58,144 bases of DNA from an uncultured Verrucomicrobiota bacterium (GTDB lineage: Bacteria; Verrucomicrobiota; Kiritimatiellia; CAIKKV01), in assembly GCA_964481675.1 (NCBI GenBank), contig CAYZVY010000002.1, positions 1 to 58,144 of the forward strand. The letters are read 5' to 3'. The position numbers and the translations under genes are program-made. Within the stretch, counting starts at the first letter, position 1, and each line of letters opens with the position of its first letter. Positions 25,418-34,104 of this stretch are shown here, piece by piece. The notes beneath the pieces were generated by a model. That model was not told where the DNA came from. It ran no database searches and saw only the letters and a program-made list of their open reading frames with translations.

Positions 25418-27427
25418 ATGCCCCAATCCCGCCTTGCCGCCCTGGACCTGATCCGCCAACGCCTGTGCGCCGAACCGCCCATGTCCGAACACGCCTGCCG
25501 TCCCGCCGACCCGGCGGTCGTCGTGGACTGGCTGGCGGCGCTGAGCCCCGCCGGCTCCTGGGCGGACATCGATTACGCGAACGACTCCCTCAAGGATTGG
25601 ACGGCCCGCCTCCACCTGATGCGCCTGGGTCAACTGGCCCACGCCTGGCACGACCCCGCCTCCCCGCTCCACCGCTCGCCGGCCCTGCTTGCCGGCATCC
25701 TCCGTGGCCTGGACGGCTGGTACGCCCGCAACCCGCAAAACCCGAACTGGTGGTGGAACCAGATCGGCGCCCCCCTCCTCCTGGCCGAAACGCTCCTCCG
25801 CCTCAAGGGCGCCTGCGACCCCTCCTACATCACCCGCGCCGAACCCGCCTTCCTCTGCCACGAGCCCATCGACCGCTTCACCGGCCAGAACATGGTCTGG
25901 ACCGCCACCGTGAAAATCTACCACGGCATCCTCACCGACAACCCCGCCCGCGCCACCCAGGGCTTCATCCTCGTGGGCCGGGAACTCCGCGTGCTGCCCG
26001 GCGAAGAGGGGCTGCAGCCCGACATGAGCTTCCACCAGCACGGCAACCTGCTCTACTCGGGCGGCTACGGCCAGGGCTTCGCCGGCGACGTCGGCCGCCT
26101 CATCGCCCTCTCCGCCGGCACCGCCTACGCCTTCCCCCCCGCCCTCATCGAACGCTTCGCCCGCTTCCTGCTCGACGGCTCCCGCTGGATGGTCCGCGGC
26201 AAGACGTTCGACCCCGTCGCCATCGGCCGCGAAATCAGCCGCTGCGGCCACGGCGCCGCCCGCTTCGTCGACGGCCTGCGCTACCTCGCCGCCGTCGATC
26301 ACCCGCGTCGCGACGAGGCCCGGGCCGCCGCGGCCGTCGATCCCGCCAAGGGGCTCTCCCTGGTCAGCGGCAACCGCCACTTCTGGTGCTCGGACCTGAT
26401 GACCCAGCACCGGCCCGCCTATTATCTCTCCGTGCGCCTGGCAAGTCCCCGCGTCCTCAACGCCGACATGGCCTGCTGCGGGGGCGAAGGCCGCCTGTGC
26501 CACCACATGGCGGATGGCGTGACCCTGATCATGCGCGACGGGAACGAATACCGCGACCTGTTCCCCGCCTGGAACTGGCGACAGATCCCGGGCGCCACGA
26601 TCGAGCAGGAGGCGGGCGACTTCAATCCCGAGACGCTGAGACGCCCGGGCGAAAACGCCTTCGCGGGCGGCGCGTCGGACGGCAGCATCGGCTGCGCGGC
26701 GATGAACTTCTCCCGCTTCGGCCTGAAAGCCAGGAAGGCCTGGTTCCTGTTCGACGAAGGCCTGGTGGCGCTCGGTTGCGGAATCACGTCAAACAGCCCG
26801 TCGCCCGTTCGCACCACCCTCAATCAATGCCACTGGCGCGGTCCCGCCTTCCTGGAGGGACAGGACAGGCCCCTTGCCGAGGGCTCCTATGACCTGGCGC
26901 CCGGTGTCGCCTTCCGCCACGACGGCATCCTCTACCGGATCCTCGACGGAAAGGGAACCTTGCGGCTGGGTCCGCAGACGGGCGCGTGGAGCGATTGCGG
27001 GGTCGGCTCGCCGGATACCGTCACGCTGCCGGTCCTGAATGCCGGACTCGATCACGGCCCGCAGCCCGCGGGCGCGACCTATGCGTATGCGGTGATGCCC
27101 GGCAAGGCCGATGCGGACCCCTTTGTGATGGTGAAGAATGGCCCGGCGCTGCAGGCGGTATGGCATACGGGCGAACGGCTGGGTCATGCGGTCTTTTATG
27201 AGCCGGGCATGGTCGACTTCCCGGACGGCCAGAGGATCGCGGTCGACAGGCCCTGCATCCTGCTCTACCGGACGGCCAAGGACGGCCGCCGCGTCCTGAC
27301 CCTGGCGCAGCCCGAGCAGCAGGACGGGCTCCTCACGATTCGCCTGACGGGCACCTGCCCCGCCACGGCCACCCTCTCCCTGCCTGTCCGCGAATACGCG
27401 GGATCCAGCATATCGTTGATCCTGTAA
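25418..27427 (+). CDS. Polysaccharide lyase family 8-like enzyme (chondroitin AC/hyaluronate/xanthan lyase family)
   Basis: 669 aa. NWWWNQIGAP and FHQHGNLLYSGGYGQGF are PL8 hallmark regions, followed by a C-terminal beta-sandwich. AGGAG RBS. Confidence 0.75.
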   Translation: MPQSRLAALDLIRQRLCAEPPMSEHACRPADPAVVVDWLAALSPAGSWADIDYANDSLKDWTARLHLMRLGQLAHAWHDPASPLHRSPALLAGILRGLDGWYARNPQNPNWWWNQIGAPLLLAETLLRLKGACDPSYITRAEPAFLCHEPIDRFTGQNMVWTATVKIYHGILTDNPARATQGFILVGRELRVLPGEEGLQPDMSFHQHGNLLYSGGYGQGFAGDVGRLIALSAGTAYAFPPALIERFARFLLDGSRWMVRGKTFDPVAIGREISRCGHGAARFVDGLRYLAAVDHPRRDEARAAAAVDPAKGLSLVSGNRHFWCSDLMTQHRPAYYLSVRLASPRVLNADMACCGGEGRLCHHMADGVTLIMRDGNEYRDLFPAWNWRQIPGATIEQEAGDFNPETLRRPGENAFAGGASDGSIGCAAMNFSRFGLKARKAWFLFDEGLVALGCGITSNSPSPVRTTLNQCHWRGPAFLEGQDRPLAEGSYDLAPGVAFRHDGILYRILDGKGTLRLGPQTGAWSDCGVGSPDTVTLPVLNAGLDHGPQPAGATYAYAVMPGKADADPFVMVKNGPALQAVWHTGERLGHAVFYEPGMVDFPDGQRIAVDRPCILLYRTAKDGRRVLTLAQPEQQDGLLTIRLTGTCPATATLSLPVREYAGSSISLIL

Positions 27428-28183
27428 TTACGGCCGCAACTCCGCCAGCTGCCGCGACAGGCGCGCCACGCAGCCGGTTTCCACCCAGGCGCGCAGCGGA
27501 TCGTCGGCCCGCATCTCCAGCGCCACCTTGGCCCACGCGTCGCGGGCCTCGTCCAGCCGCAGCGACTCCTCCAGCCGCCGGGGCGTCTCGAAGAGCCGGG
27601 CATAGCGCTGGCATTCGCGGGTCAGCGCCGCCTGCCCGGCCTTTTCTTCCGCCGGCAATTCGCGCAGCGTCTTCAGCGCCTCTTCCAAGTCGCCGCCGCA
27701 CCGGGCGCTCCAGGCCTTCTCCATGCCGTCGCGCTTTTCTCCGGCAACATCTCCCGAGCGGGACGACCAGGCCGCGGCCCCGGCCACGGTCAGGGCCAAT
27801 ATCGCCGTGATAGCCAGCCACCGGCGCCAGACGGGCGGCATTTTCATCTCGAGCCCGCGCCGCTTGCCCGGCCACCGGAACGCCAGCGTGGTCCGCCCCA
27901 GCGTCACCGGTTCGCCCGGAGCCACGGCCACCGTCTCCACGCGCCGGCCGCCCACCAGGATGCCGGCCTTGCTGGGCTGGCCGGGCCAGTCCTCCAGCAC
28001 CACGCGGTCGCCTTCCACGCGCCCCACGGCGTGGCGCCGCGACACGCTGACATCGGCCATCAGCGCGCAGGTGATCTCGGCCGGCTCGGGCGAGCGGCCG
28101 ATGGTGAATCCCTCCACGGGAACCTGGAAAATCTTGCCCTTCTCGGGCCCCTTGAGCACGTCGATCTGAATCAGCGCTTCCAT
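27428..28183 (-). CDS. FHA-domain membrane protein (cytoplasmic FHA, one TM helix, helical periplasmic domain); last gene of the Tad operon
   Basis: FTIGRSPEPAEITCALMADVSVSRRHAV...GILVGGRRV is an FHA core. The TM helix is WLAITAILALTVAGAAAW. GGAGGA RBS, 19 nt after the tadC stop. Confidence 0.75.
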   Translation of the reverse strand: MEALIQIDVLKGPEKGKIFQVPVEGFTIGRSPEPAEITCALMADVSVSRRHAVGRVEGDRVVLEDWPGQPSKAGILVGGRRVETVAVAPGEPVTLGRTTLAFRWPGKRRGLEMKMPPVWRRWLAITAILALTVAGAAAWSSRSGDVAGEKRDGMEKAWSARCGGDLEEALKTLRELPAEEKAGQAALTRECQRYARLFETPRRLEESLRLDEARDAWAKVALEMRADDPLRAWVETGCVARLSRQLAELRP

Positions 28184-28202
28184 GGTCGATCCTCCTTTAC
28201 AA

Positions 28203-29081
28203 TTACATGCCGCCGAATCCGGACAGATACATTTTGGCCTGGCTCACCAGCAGCGGGATGAACACGAGGCAGGCGAAGGCCGGCACCATGAGGAGCAGCA
28301 GGGGCAGCAGGATTTTCTGCTGCGCCTGGGCGCCTGAGCGCTCGGCTTTTTCCATGCGCTCCAGCCGCATCTTTTCCGCCTGCGCACCCAGCACCTGAGC
28401 CACCCCCGCGCCCAGGTCAAGCCCCTGGCAGAGAATGGCCACGAAGCTGGTCATCTCCGGCATCCTGATCCGGCGGGCCATTTCCTGAAGCGAACCCGAC
28501 AGCGAACGGCCTAATGCCATATCCCGGCGAGTCAGTTGCAGTTCCTCCTTCAGCGGGCTGGCCCCGATCTTGCCCAGCACGCGGTCGATGGCGGAGCCGA
28601 ACTCGAGTCCCGCCAGCGTGCAGAGGGCGAGCAGGTCCACCACATAGGGCATGGCCCGCCGGATGGCGGCATGCCGCTCCTGGATGGCCCCCAGTATCCA
28701 CAGGTCCGGGAACACGAAGCCCAGGGCCACCAGGCTCAGATGAATGGCCGTCCCGAAGGGCATACCGGCCACGGCGAGAAGAAGGGCCAGGACAAAGCGG
28801 AGCGACATGTATTCATCCGCCCGGACCACATGGCCGAAGCCGGCGGCGGTCAGGTTGCCGTGAATCCACCGCTCGAACGCGGGAGACCTCCTGAGGCACC
28901 ACTTCGACACGGCCGCGAACAGCCCGAACGCGGGGCGCAGCGCCGCGAACAGGGGCGGTTGCTCCCCTTCCGGGCGGGCCGCATCCGGCTCCGCCGACAT
29001 GGCCGACATCATGCCGTAGGCCACGGCGCCCGTCGCCACCGTCACACACAGCACCGACAACTCACAAAACATGTTCTGCAT
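28203..29081 (-). CDS. tadC: Tad pilus platform protein TadC (T2SS-F family)
   Basis: 292 aa polytopic membrane protein with a T2SSF-type cytoplasmic domain (AMPYVVDLLALCTLAGLEFGSAIDRV). AAGGAG RBS. Confidence 0.75.
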   Translation of the reverse strand: MQNMFCELSVLCVTVATGAVAYGMMSAMSAEPDAARPEGEQPPLFAALRPAFGLFAAVSKWCLRRSPAFERWIHGNLTAAGFGHVVRADEYMSLRFVLALLLAVAGMPFGTAIHLSLVALGFVFPDLWILGAIQERHAAIRRAMPYVVDLLALCTLAGLEFGSAIDRVLGKIGASPLKEELQLTRRDMALGRSLSGSLQEMARRIRMPEMTSFVAILCQGLDLGAGVAQVLGAQAEKMRLERMEKAERSGAQAQQKILLPLLLLMVPAFACLVFIPLLVSQAKMYLSGFGGM

Positions 29082-29092
29082 GACCGCACTCC

Positions 29093-29929
29093 TTATATTT
29101 TAACCGACGCCAGATTCCGGATCGCCATCAGGGCCAGCCCGTTGAAGGTTGTACCCAGCGCCAGGAGAACCTTTCCCCAGCCCGTCGAGAACACACCGCG
29201 CACGCCGGCCGGATCCAGGCAGAACCAGCCGATCAGCAGCAGGTAGGGAAGCGCGGCCAGGGTGTACCCCTGGAACCGCGTCTCGGAGGTCATCGTCCGA
29301 ACGCGATCCTCCACGCGCTCCCGCTCGCGGATCATCTTGACCAGCCCATCGAGGATGCGGGTCAGGTCGCCGCCAGTCTGCCTCCCCACCTGGAGAGCGG
29401 TCACGAAGATGCGCACGCTCTCGCCGTCCATCCGGGCCGCCATGCGCTCGAGCCCCTCATCCAGGGGAATGCCCAGGTCCCGGTCGCGCACTACCCGACC
29501 GAACTCGTCGCGGGCCGGTGATGGCATCTCGCGGGCGACGATATCGACCGCCTGGCTGAGGTTGAAGCCCGCGCGCAGCGAGTTGGCGATCATCAGCAGC
29601 ACGTCCATGAACTGCTGCTGGAACCGTCGGCAGCGCCAGGCTTGGTAACTGGACAGGGCCCAACCGGGTGCCAGAAGACCCAGCCCGGCGACCAGGAGGG
29701 AGAACAGGGAGCTCTGCGTCAGAACCCAGGCGATAAGCCCGGTCACCGCCGCGACGGCGCCGATTCCCGCCAGGATCGTCCGCTCCCCCACCGGGAACCG
29801 CTCCCGGCCAAACCCGTCAGCCGCCGTGGCGGCGGTGGTCCGGATGTGAGTCCAGATTCCCGGAACAATCAGCCAGGCGCCAATGAACGCGACACCCCAG
29901 ATTCCCAGATCCCAGATGCTCAAGTTCAT
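29093..29929 (-). CDS. tadB: Tad pilus platform protein TadB (T2SS-F family)
   Basis: T2SSF domain (QQFMDVLLMIANSLRAGFNLSQAV). I prefer ATG 29929 (AGGAG plus 6 nt) over the track start 29977, which would overlap the preceding gene. Confidence 0.75.
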   Translation of the reverse strand: MNLSIWDLGIWGVAFIGAWLIVPGIWTHIRTTAATAADGFGRERFPVGERTILAGIGAVAAVTGLIAWVLTQSSLFSLLVAGLGLLAPGWALSSYQAWRCRRFQQQFMDVLLMIANSLRAGFNLSQAVDIVAREMPSPARDEFGRVVRDRDLGIPLDEGLERMAARMDGESVRIFVTALQVGRQTGGDLTRILDGLVKMIRERERVEDRVRTMTSETRFQGYTLAALPYLLLIGWFCLDPAGVRGVFSTGWGKVLLALGTTFNGLALMAIRNLASVKI

Positions 29930-29943
29930 GTTCATCTCCTTGC

Positions 29944-31356
29944 TTAAAGCGTCGGCCAGTTGTATGAGGAAGGCCAATCAAACGGGTACCAGGCGTAGGG
30001 GTCATAGCCTTCGCACTCCATGAGGTCGAGGCTCTCCGCCATTCCCTCCATCCCGCAGAGCGCGAATTCCATGGACGATTGCGGCAACTGGGTTTGAGGG
30101 ATGGTTCCGACCTGCTGCTCCTCCTGGTCCAGGCAGGCGTTGACCGCAACCGTTCCGGATTCACCGCGTGGCGCATGGATCAGGCGGCCGAGAAAGGCCA
30201 GCCCCTTCCCCACCCCCTCCTTGATGTTGCCGCCTGCCGTCTGGATGGGTTTCATCACCTTGTTCTCAAAAACAGTTGCCGCCTGAGATCCCAGCTTTTT
30301 CAGCACGCCAAAACCCGATTCGTGCACCTTCCGGATCGCCTCGATACCGAGTTTGGCCAGCACGGGCTTGGGGTTTTCCTGGAATTCCTTCATCCACTCG
30401 AGCAACTGGCTGATGTCGGTGAAGTTAAGCCGCTTCATGAGCTCTTCCGCATCCATTTCGAATTCGACCGAGAGTCCGCCGCCAAATCCGATGGATGCAC
30501 CGAGGCTGGCCATGAACGACACCTTGCCGTTCCAACCCAGCGTCACAACGGCCTTCCCCTCAGCCATCGCGCCGGCATAACCCGACGCCACCAGGTTCAC
30601 ATTCGTCTTCACGCCGAACACGTGGGCTTCCATGCTCAACTTCAATTCGCCTTTGGCATACACGCCAACCGACCCCTCGGCCCCAAACGTGATGCCCTTG
30701 TCATCCACATAGGCGCCCAGGCGTCCCTTGGCGATCACCGAGGCCTCGAGCCGGCCGCTTCCCTTCAGGCTGGCTCCCAGGCTCTTGTCGCCAACCGCAA
30801 ACGTCCGGGTCGCCGCCCTCACCTCCGTTTCGATGCCAACCTGCCCCTTGGCCTCGTAACCATTTTCACCTTTCCGGACAGCGCCTTCCGCGCCCGCGCT
30901 GGCCTTGACCGTTACCGTGCCGAATTCACCCTTTGTGGTATGCGCGTAGGCCGGGCCGATTTCCCCATCCCAGATCGTTTCCGGTTCTTCCAGGCGGGTC
31001 GATCCGAGTGTTTTGCTGGTGGAGTTACCCAGGCGGGTCGACGTTTTGATCCGGGTGTCTTTTTTCAGGCCGGCCTCGCCCTCCCACGTGTTTTCCTCCC
31101 ATTCCCCGTGCCAATCGGTCCGGGTTGTTTTGGTCTGCATCCCGGCCTGGGTCGTCTGCCATCGTCCATCCTCGGTGGTGCGGGTTTGCGTGTCGTGCAC
31201 CTCGGTCGTCACCTGAACCGCGGGGTCAGGCCGCTTCACCGTGGTCTTGTCGGTTTGCCGCGTCAGAACCTTGGGCTCCGCTCCGGCCGATATCGCCAGA
31301 AGCAGCAAGGCACCACCGATCCACCGCCAGTATCTGTTTGAAATAATCTGTTTCAT
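29944..31356 (-). CDS. Secreted protein of unknown function embedded in the Tad operon
   Basis: 470 aa. GGAGC RBS. Signal peptide MKQIISNRYWRWIGGALLLLAISAGA, a Thr/Gln/Lys-rich region, Gly/Ala-rich alternating beta-strand-like repeats, a helical segment, and a Cys/aromatic/Pro-rich acidic tail (ECEGYDPYAWYPFDWPSSYNWPTL). No family recognised. Confidence 0.7.
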   Translation of the reverse strand: MKQIISNRYWRWIGGALLLLAISAGAEPKVLTRQTDKTTVKRPDPAVQVTTEVHDTQTRTTEDGRWQTTQAGMQTKTTRTDWHGEWEENTWEGEAGLKKDTRIKTSTRLGNSTSKTLGSTRLEEPETIWDGEIGPAYAHTTKGEFGTVTVKASAGAEGAVRKGENGYEAKGQVGIETEVRAATRTFAVGDKSLGASLKGSGRLEASVIAKGRLGAYVDDKGITFGAEGSVGVYAKGELKLSMEAHVFGVKTNVNLVASGYAGAMAEGKAVVTLGWNGKVSFMASLGASIGFGGGLSVEFEMDAEELMKRLNFTDISQLLEWMKEFQENPKPVLAKLGIEAIRKVHESGFGVLKKLGSQAATVFENKVMKPIQTAGGNIKEGVGKGLAFLGRLIHAPRGESGTVAVNACLDQEEQQVGTIPQTQLPQSSMEFALCGMEGMAESLDLMECEGYDPYAWYPFDWPSSYNWPTL

Positions 31357-31368
31357 GTGAGCTCCTGG

Positions 31369-32709
31369 TTAACGGGTTCCCTTCCAGCCCGGATCTTTCC
31401 CCTGCCCGATGAGAATCAGGTCATCAAGGAATTTGACGGCCTGGTCCGTGTAGGCGCTGTTCCCGTCCGCCACGGCGGCCATCAGGCGGACGCCGCGGTC
31501 GAAATCGATCTGGCCCAGCACCAGGAAGCGGCCGAAGTTATATTGAACTTGCGGCAGATACGGATCGGCGGCCAGCGCTTTTGAAAACGCCTCATACGCG
31601 CCATCCTTGTCGGCCCGATGCACGGCGATAACGCCGAGATCGTTCCAGGCCCGGGCGTAAGCCGGCTTCAGTTCCACGCATTTTCGGAAAGCGGCTTCCG
31701 CGCGGCGGACATCGCCCGTTTTGTCATAACACAAACCCAGGACATACCAGTTCTCGGCCAGCCTGGGGAAACGGGCTGTGCCCTCCTCGGCCAGGTCCAC
31801 CGCCTCCTTAGCCCTCCCCTGCTCAGCCAGAACGGCCGCCAGATCGTTTCGCACCGCCGGATCGGCGGGATAGGTTTTAAGCAGATCCACCAGGGTGATT
31901 TCGGCGTCTTTCCATTGTCCGCGCCGGCCCTGAAGGCGGGCCATCTGGAGACGCGCTTCCGGATAATCGGGCTTCTCCTTGAGAATCTCCGCGATCACCG
32001 CCTCGGCCTGGTCCAGCACGCCCTCGCGCACATAATGGGTGGCCAGCATCAGGCGGCTTTCCGGGGAATTACCCGACACCTCCACCAGCGCCTTCCAGAC
32101 CGTCGCCTGCCGTTCCGGCATCCCCGCCTGCTCATACAGACGCGCCAGCAGGAAGAGGGTTTCGGGATCGCCGGGATTGATCCGGAGGCTGACGATCAGG
32201 TATTCGGCCGCGATCTGGAGATTCCCTGTTTCCAGAAGCAGGCGCGCCAGGTTATTCAACGGCATGGCCAGCAGGGGGTTTTCCTTGACCGCCCGCTCAA
32301 AGGCGGCCTGCGCGTCGGGAATCCGTCCCTGCTTGAGCAGAACCGCGCCCAGGTTGTTCCAGGCAAGCGCGTTTCCGGAATCCCACTCGACGGCCTGGCG
32401 GTAATAAAATTCCGCCCGCCCCAATCCACCCTTCAGCAGGGTCAGGTTCCCGGAGTTGTTGGCCGCTGCGCTGAATATCCGTTTTTCATCGGCGCCCGCC
32501 CCGGATTTTGCGCCGGCCAGAACCCGTTGGAACCCGGCCAGCGCGACCTCCAACTGTCCCGCTTCCTGATTCGAAACCGCTTCGTTGTATGTCTCCGACG
32601 CCTTCATGATGGCCTCCGGTACCGCCTCCCGCTTGTCCTCGCCCACTGCCTGCACCCGGCAGACGCCCAATCCCGCCGCCAGCACTCCGATCACGATCAC
32701 CCGTTTCAT
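31369..32709 (-). CDS. TPR-repeat protein (TadD-like position/function guessed)
   Basis: 446 aa. Signal peptide, then about 10 TPR-like repeats (ALAWNNLGAVLLKQGRIPDAQAAFERAV and similar). GGAGGAG RBS. Confidence 0.7.
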   Translation of the reverse strand: MKRVIVIGVLAAGLGVCRVQAVGEDKREAVPEAIMKASETYNEAVSNQEAGQLEVALAGFQRVLAGAKSGAGADEKRIFSAAANNSGNLTLLKGGLGRAEFYYRQAVEWDSGNALAWNNLGAVLLKQGRIPDAQAAFERAVKENPLLAMPLNNLARLLLETGNLQIAAEYLIVSLRINPGDPETLFLLARLYEQAGMPERQATVWKALVEVSGNSPESRLMLATHYVREGVLDQAEAVIAEILKEKPDYPEARLQMARLQGRRGQWKDAEITLVDLLKTYPADPAVRNDLAAVLAEQGRAKEAVDLAEEGTARFPRLAENWYVLGLCYDKTGDVRRAEAAFRKCVELKPAYARAWNDLGVIAVHRADKDGAYEAFSKALAADPYLPQVQYNFGRFLVLGQIDFDRGVRLMAAVADGNSAYTDQAVKFLDDLILIGQGKDPGWKGTR

Positions 32710-32724
32710 GACTCCTCCGTTCGT

Positions 32725-34104
32725 TTACCGTTCGTTTTCAAACAAGGTTTCATCCACATCCAGTCCCGCCGTCCGCAGCCGGTCTGAAAAGGTCGGAACA
32801 TGCCCGGTGGCGCGGAAAAACCCGTCCACGCGCCCGGCCGCCGATACGCCCTTCTGCTCAAACACAAATATGTCGCGAACCGAAACTTCGCCCTCCTCCA
32901 GGCCTAGCACTTCCGAAATGCGCTCGATTTTTCTGGAGCCGTCGCTGAGGCGTGCGATCTGCACGACCAGCTGCACGGCCGAGGCGATGTTGCGGCGGAT
33001 CACGGCGATCGGCATTTCCACCGCCATCATCACGAGCCCTTCCAGACGCGCGAGCATGTCGCGGGGGGAATTGGCGTGCAGGGTGGTCATCGAGCCCTCG
33101 TGCCCCGTGTTCATGGCCTGGAGCATGTCGAAGGCTTCCGAACCGCGGCATTCGCCCACGATAATGCGGTCGGGCCGCATCCGCAGCGCATTGCGGACCA
33201 GGTCCCGGATCGTCACCTCGCCGCGCCCCTCCACGTTCGCGCGACGGGCTTCCAGCCGCACCAGGTTCAGATGGGTCAGCCGGAGCTCGGCGGAGTCCTC
33301 GATCGTGATGACCCGCTCCTCCGCCGAAACCGATTGCGACAGCGCGTTCAGCAGGGTGGTCTTGCCCGTTCCCGTACCGCCCGACACGATGATGTTCCGG
33401 CGGCCGCGCACGCACAGATCCAGGAATCGCATCATCGCCGGCGTGCAGGAGCCCCCGGAAACCAGGTCAGCGGCGCCCAGCCCGCGTTTGGCGAATTTCC
33501 GGATTGTGATGGTCGGCCCGTCCACCGCCAGGGGCGGCAGAATGATATGCACGCGGGAGCCGTCCCGCTCCAGACGGGCATCGACATACGGCAGGCTCTC
33601 GTCAACCCGCCGCCCGATGGGAGCCACGATGCGATCAATAATGCTCGCGAGCTGCTTCGTGGTTCCGAATCGCCGGTCGGTCAACTCCATCTTTCCATGA
33701 CGCGCCACGAAAATGCGCTCGGGCCCGTTGACCATGATCTCCTCGATCGACTCGTCCTTGAGGAGATCCTCAAGCGGGCCCAACTCCAGCGCCTCATCCA
33801 GGACTTCCTTGACCAGCGCTTCCCGCTCGTGGAAAGAGAGGGATTCGCCCAGGCGGTCGAGTTCGAACCGGATGATATCCTCGGTGCGCTTGCGGAGCGC
33901 CACCATGCGCATGGCGCCCTCCAGGACGTCCAAATTCATCCGCCGCAGTTCCTCGTTCTCCTGCACCCTCACCAGGAGCCGCCCTTTCAGCTCCTGCAAC
34001 CGCACGCGCCGGCCCTTCTCCCGATCCTCAATCACGCCCAGCACCGATTGCAGATCCACGCACCGGGTCCGGTCCGGCTCCAGCTTGACCATCGCGCTCT
34101 TCAT
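32725..34104 (-). CDS. cpaF: Tad pilus secretion ATPase CpaF/TadA
   Basis: Walker A SGGTGTGKTTLLNAL, the Asp/His boxes of the VirB11/PilB-like family, and MNTGHEGSMTTLHAN. Confidence 0.9.
   Translation of the reverse strand: MKSAMVKLEPDRTRCVDLQSVLGVIEDREKGRRVRLQELKGRLLVRVQENEELRRMNLDVLEGAMRMVALRKRTEDIIRFELDRLGESLSFHEREALVKEVLDEALELGPLEDLLKDESIEEIMVNGPERIFVARHGKMELTDRRFGTTKQLASIIDRIVAPIGRRVDESLPYVDARLERDGSRVHIILPPLAVDGPTITIRKFAKRGLGAADLVSGGSCTPAMMRFLDLCVRGRRNIIVSGGTGTGKTTLLNALSQSVSAEERVITIEDSAELRLTHLNLVRLEARRANVEGRGEVTIRDLVRNALRMRPDRIIVGECRGSEAFDMLQAMNTGHEGSMTTLHANSPRDMLARLEGLVMMAVEMPIAVIRRNIASAVQLVVQIARLSDGSRKIERISEVLGLEEGEVSVRDIFVFEQKGVSAAGRVDGFFRATGHVPTFSDRLRTAGLDVDETLFENER

Noticed and set aside
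25280-26506. N-terminal ~400 codons of the 648-aa minus-strand ORF 24560..26506
   Set aside because: This part is antisense to the PL8 lyase gene and is low-complexity (G/A/V/E-rich). Only the last 239 codons, which begin at a TTG with a GGGAGG RBS and a signal peptide, resemble the two paralogs.
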